Origin: Candidatus Omnitrophota bacterium
Lineage (GTDB): Bacteria > Omnitrophota > Gorgyraeia > Zapsychrales > JAKLDJ01
NCBI GenBank assembly: GCA_022703585.1
Contig: JAKLDJ010000004.1
Coordinates: 71,594 to 135,593 of the forward strand
DNA length: 64,000 bases
Direction: 5' to 3'
Within the stretch, counting starts at the first letter, position 1. Each line of letters opens with the position of its first letter. This document shows, one piece after another, positions 61,003 through 64,000 of the stretch. Below the pieces are notes generated by a model. The model was not told where the DNA came from. It made no database searches and saw only the letters and a list, made by a program, of their open reading frames with translations. Position numbers and translations under genes: made by a program.

Positions 61003-61883
61003 CCGGAAAAATTCTCTACGTTGTCAGCCTCATGCGGGTCAGGCAATGGGTAAAAAACTTCTTTATCTTTTTCCCGCTGATCTTCGCCGGCAAGCTTTAC
61101 CAGCCCGCGCAGGCCTTTGATTGCTTTGTGACCCTGGCCGGCTTTTGTCTGGTATCCAGCAGCGTCTATATCTTTAACGACCTGCTCGACATCAAGCGCG
61201 ACCGGATTCACCCCAAGAAATCCAAAAGGCCTCTAGCTCGGGGCCCGTTTAACCCGTCGATGGTCATTGCCTTTATTATTCTCCTGGTTGTGACCGGACT
61301 TTTTATCTGCTTTAATGTCAGCCGGGAAGTATTCTTATGCGCGCTCACCTATATCGCCTTAAACCTCATCTATAATTTCTACACAAAAAAGATCGTTATC
61401 TTAGATGTTGTCTTCGTGGCCTTCGGATTCCAGGTAAGGATTTGGGCCGGGTCGTTTGCCGCCGGAGTTTTTCCGTCGGTGTGGCTGCAATTATGCGTGC
61501 TGCTACTGGCGTTATTTTTAGGATTCACAAAACGCCGCCACGAAATATCAACCCTAAAAGAGAAGGCCGGAGAACATCGCAGTGTTCTAGCCCACTACAC
61601 CGCATATCTGTTAGACCAGATCATTATCATCTGCTCGACACTGACAATCGCATTCTACGGCCTTTACGTCATTTCGGCGGACACCTTCGGCCGCATCAGC
61701 AATCAACGCATGGCGTATTCTCTTATCTTTGTTGTTTACGGTATATTTCGGTATCTGTATCTTGTCCACGTTAAGAAATTGGGCGATGAACCCGGAGAAA
61801 TCATCCTTTCGGATACACCGATACTGACCAATATCCTGGCGTGGATCTTTTATGTCGGGTTTGTGCTTTACGTTATTCGCTAA
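60999..61883 (+). CDS. UbiA-family prenyltransferase, decaprenyl-phosphate phosphoribosyltransferase-like
   Basis: RQWVKNFFIFFPLIF N-terminus and NDLLDIKRDRIHPKK (NDxxDxxxD) motif, characteristic of DPPR-synthase-type UbiA enzymes. Confidence 0.75.
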   Translation: MTGKILYVVSLMRVRQWVKNFFIFFPLIFAGKLYQPAQAFDCFVTLAGFCLVSSSVYIFNDLLDIKRDRIHPKKSKRPLARGPFNPSMVIAFIILLVVTGLFICFNVSREVFLCALTYIALNLIYNFYTKKIVILDVVFVAFGFQVRIWAGSFAAGVFPSVWLQLCVLLLALFLGFTKRRHEISTLKEKAGEHRSVLAHYTAYLLDQIIIICSTLTIAFYGLYVISADTFGRISNQRMAYSLIFVVYGIFRYLYLVHVKKLGDEPGEIILSDTPILTNILAWIFYVGFVLYVIR

Positions 61884-61914
61884 AAACAACCGCTTAAGGC
61901 AAATAGATTTCTGT

Positions 61915-63054
61915 ATGGAAAATATTAAAATCGGAGCAAAAGAAATACTGGCCTCATCCGGCTCGCCCCGCATGAAACTTTTAAAGCTTTTTGACTTTCT
62001 GGTAGGGTCGCTGCTGGCTACGCTGGCCAAGGAGAGAGAGGAAAAGAAATTTCCCCCGGCCGGCACGGTAAAAAGAATCTTAGTCATCCGGCCCGGCGGA
62101 ATAGGAGACGCTATCTTCCTGCTGCCGTTTTTAAGAACACTGCGGCAAGAAAACAGGGAGCTTCGCGTCGATATCCTCTGCGAAAAACGTAACGCCGCCG
62201 CCTTCGAATCGCAAAAGGGTATTTGCGACAACATCTACCGTTACGATAAATTAGACTCATTCAAGGCGCTGTTTGGCAATCGCTATGACGTGGTGATTGA
62301 CTCCGAGCAATGGCACTATTTAAGCGCTTTGGTAGCTTATTTTTTGCGTCCGGCCTACGCCATCGGTTTTGCCACCCGAGAACTACGCACAAAACTTTTC
62401 AATCAAAAGATCGCCTATGACATCGACGCCTACGAGATCGTGAACTTTTCCCGGCTTTTCGGCTCTTTGCTGACAAACAAAGACGCGATTCAAAATATAG
62501 ATTCCTGCTTTATTGTTTCCGATGATTGTCGTTCCTGGGCAGGGCAAAAGGTGCAAGAAAAAAGTGTTTGCCTCTTTCTCGGCGCCAGCATCCCCGAGCG
62601 GCGGTTAACAACCGAGCAAAGTTTGACAATCGCCCGGTTTATCATCGAGAACGGAATCTCCGTCATCCTTCTGGGGGGCGGCGACGTCAAAGAAGAGGCG
62701 CGGGCCCTTGAGAAAAACATCTCAGGCCCGCGCCTTATTAATTTAGTCGGCCAAACCTCACTCGAGCAAAGCGCCGCCTTAATCAAGCAGAGCGCCTTAT
62801 TCATCGGGCCGGATTCGGGGTTGATGCATTTGGCCTGCGCCGTAGGAACGCCGGTGGTGGCGATATTCGGCCCCGGCAATCTTAAAAAATGGGGGCCGAA
62901 GGGAAGTATGCACTCAGTTGTTAGCGCCAATGCTTCCTGTGCGCCATGCACGGTGTTTGGGTATACGCTGCCGACTTGTCAAGGCGTTTATAGCTGCACA
63001 AAAGATGTCAACATGGCCGACACACTGGCAGCAATAAAGAAATATACTCAATAA
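61915..63054 (+). CDS. Glycosyltransferase family 9 (heptosyltransferase-like)
   Basis: ILVIRPGGIGDAIFLLPFLRTL N-terminus and C-terminal GT-B nucleotide-sugar-binding region (GPDSGLMHLACAVGTPVVAIFGP). Confidence 0.8.
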   Translation: MENIKIGAKEILASSGSPRMKLLKLFDFLVGSLLATLAKEREEKKFPPAGTVKRILVIRPGGIGDAIFLLPFLRTLRQENRELRVDILCEKRNAAAFESQKGICDNIYRYDKLDSFKALFGNRYDVVIDSEQWHYLSALVAYFLRPAYAIGFATRELRTKLFNQKIAYDIDAYEIVNFSRLFGSLLTNKDAIQNIDSCFIVSDDCRSWAGQKVQEKSVCLFLGASIPERRLTTEQSLTIARFIIENGISVILLGGGDVKEEARALEKNISGPRLINLVGQTSLEQSAALIKQSALFIGPDSGLMHLACAVGTPVVAIFGPGNLKKWGPKGSMHSVVSANASCAPCTVFGYTLPTCQGVYSCTKDVNMADTLAAIKKYTQ

Positions 63055-63089
63055 AATCAGCACCCGGTAACTATTTACAATTTGAACCA

Positions 63090-64000
63090 ATGAAAAATAT
63101 CTTAAGTATAACTTTGGAAAAGTTTACTGGCGTCCCGCTGGAAGATTCACCCAACATGCCACGGGTGATAAAGAATACCAGCTGGCTCTTTGCCGATCAA
63201 ATCTTCCGCCTGGGGGCAGGATTATTAATCACCGCCTGGATAGCCCGCTATTTAGGACCGAGTCAGTTTGGCCTTTTAAGCTACGCGACGGCATTCGCCG
63301 CACTCTTTGGTTCTTTAATCGGGCTGGGCCTCAACAGTATTATCGTACGCGACATCATTAGGAACCCTTCAAAAACAAATGAAATTCTTGGCAGCGCCTT
63401 TATCCTTCGGCTGATCGCCGGTATTATTGCCCTCGCGGCCGCAGTGGCAACAATTTGCTTTGTGCGAAAAGGCGACGCCCTAACCCAATTGTTAGTCAGC
63501 CTTATCGCGGCAGGTTTTATCTTTCAGGCCTTTAGTGTTATTGATTTTTATTTTCAATCGCAGGTACAATCAAGATACAGCGTCTACGCCCAAAACGCCG
63601 GTTTCATCATTTTGGGCATCGCCAAAATCCTGCTGATCCTTTACCGGGCGCCGTTAATCGCCTTCGCCATTGCCGGAACAGCGGAGATTGCCTGCACTTC
63701 TTTTTTTCTTATCATCGCCTATCGATACAATCGTTTGTCCATAAAGGCCTGGCGGATGAAGATAGCAGTTGCGAAGGAATTACTCAGAAACAGTTGGCCT
63801 CTTATCTTCTCAACCGTCGCCATCATAGTTTATATGCGTATCGACCAAATCATGATCGGGCAGATGCTGGGAGACGCGCCAGTAGGTATCTATTCAGCAG
63901 CGGTTCGCATCAGCGAAGCCTGGTATTTTATGCCGATGGCAATTGCCGGCTCTGTATTCCCGATTATCCTGCAGATTAAACAAAGCAACGAGGGCCTTTA
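63090..64000 (+). CDS. Polysaccharide biosynthesis protein / Wzx-like flippase (MOP superfamily), 3'-truncated by window end
   Basis: ATG at 63090. Continuous hydrophobic ORF in frame to the window end (not in the track because there is no stop). Multiple TM helices typical of Wzx. Confidence 0.65.
   Translation, partial: MKNILSITLEKFTGVPLEDSPNMPRVIKNTSWLFADQIFRLGAGLLITAWIARYLGPSQFGLLSYATAFAALFGSLIGLGLNSIIVRDIIRNPSKTNEILGSAFILRLIAGIIALAAAVATICFVRKGDALTQLLVSLIAAGFIFQAFSVIDFYFQSQVQSRYSVYAQNAGFIILGIAKILLILYRAPLIAFAIAGTAEIACTSFFLIIAYRYNRLSIKAWRMKIAVAKELLRNSWPLIFSTVAIIVYMRIDQIMIGQMLGDAPVGIYSAAVRISEAWYFMPMAIAGSVFPIILQIKQSNEGL

Noticed and set aside
61611-62234. 207-aa minus-strand ORF
   Set aside because: Antisense to the UbiA/GT9 genes, which have clear family motifs. 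No RBS or family signal.

Overview
The window is a 64-kb chromosomal segment from a diderm (Gram-negative-type) bacterium of moderate GC content. Almost all genes are on the + strand. Bases 1-32.7 kb and 46.4-64 kb are core housekeeping genes: rsmE, recA-htrA-recX-alaS, hisDBHAFI, a TrpE/PabB-family gene, rpsP, yajC, secDF, an N- and C-terminally truncated mfd, a surA-like gene, pdxA, rsmA, pcm, gatCAB, ctpA, tsaD, an mgtC-family gene, then tilS, ftsH, folP, cdaA, pdxJ, acpS, a cobalamin riboswitch in front of a TonB-dependent receptor, and the start of a cell-envelope glycan cluster. The most interesting part is a ~13.6-kb island, visibly AT-rich by eye, at 32711-46370. It sits in a tRNA(CAT) gene and is bounded by 46-bp direct repeats, with a 39-nt 5' fragment of the tRNA on the left and the intact tRNA on the right. 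A tyrosine integrase sits at the left end. The cargo is a tightly packed + strand block: a 1566-aa DUF4011-like / Upf1-type SF1 helicase / Vsr-like nuclease protein, a zinc-ribbon peptide, an 843-aa multi-pass membrane protein, an overlapping 350-aa unknown protein and a small membrane protein. After that comes a replication-like module with a consensus sigma70 promoter, evenly spaced GTGGATTTTT iteron-like repeats and a lambda-O-like initiator. A MerR/Xis-like HTH gene and a zinc-finger + DUF4145-like gene lie next to the intact tRNA. I interpret this as an integrative, possibly replicative (satellite/PICI-like or integrated plasmid-like) element carrying a candidate anti-phage defence module that has not been characterised. 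Secondary oddities are a bactofilin fused to an excisionase-type HTH, a mini-Mfd, a possible cdaR remnant and several structured intergenic RNAs.
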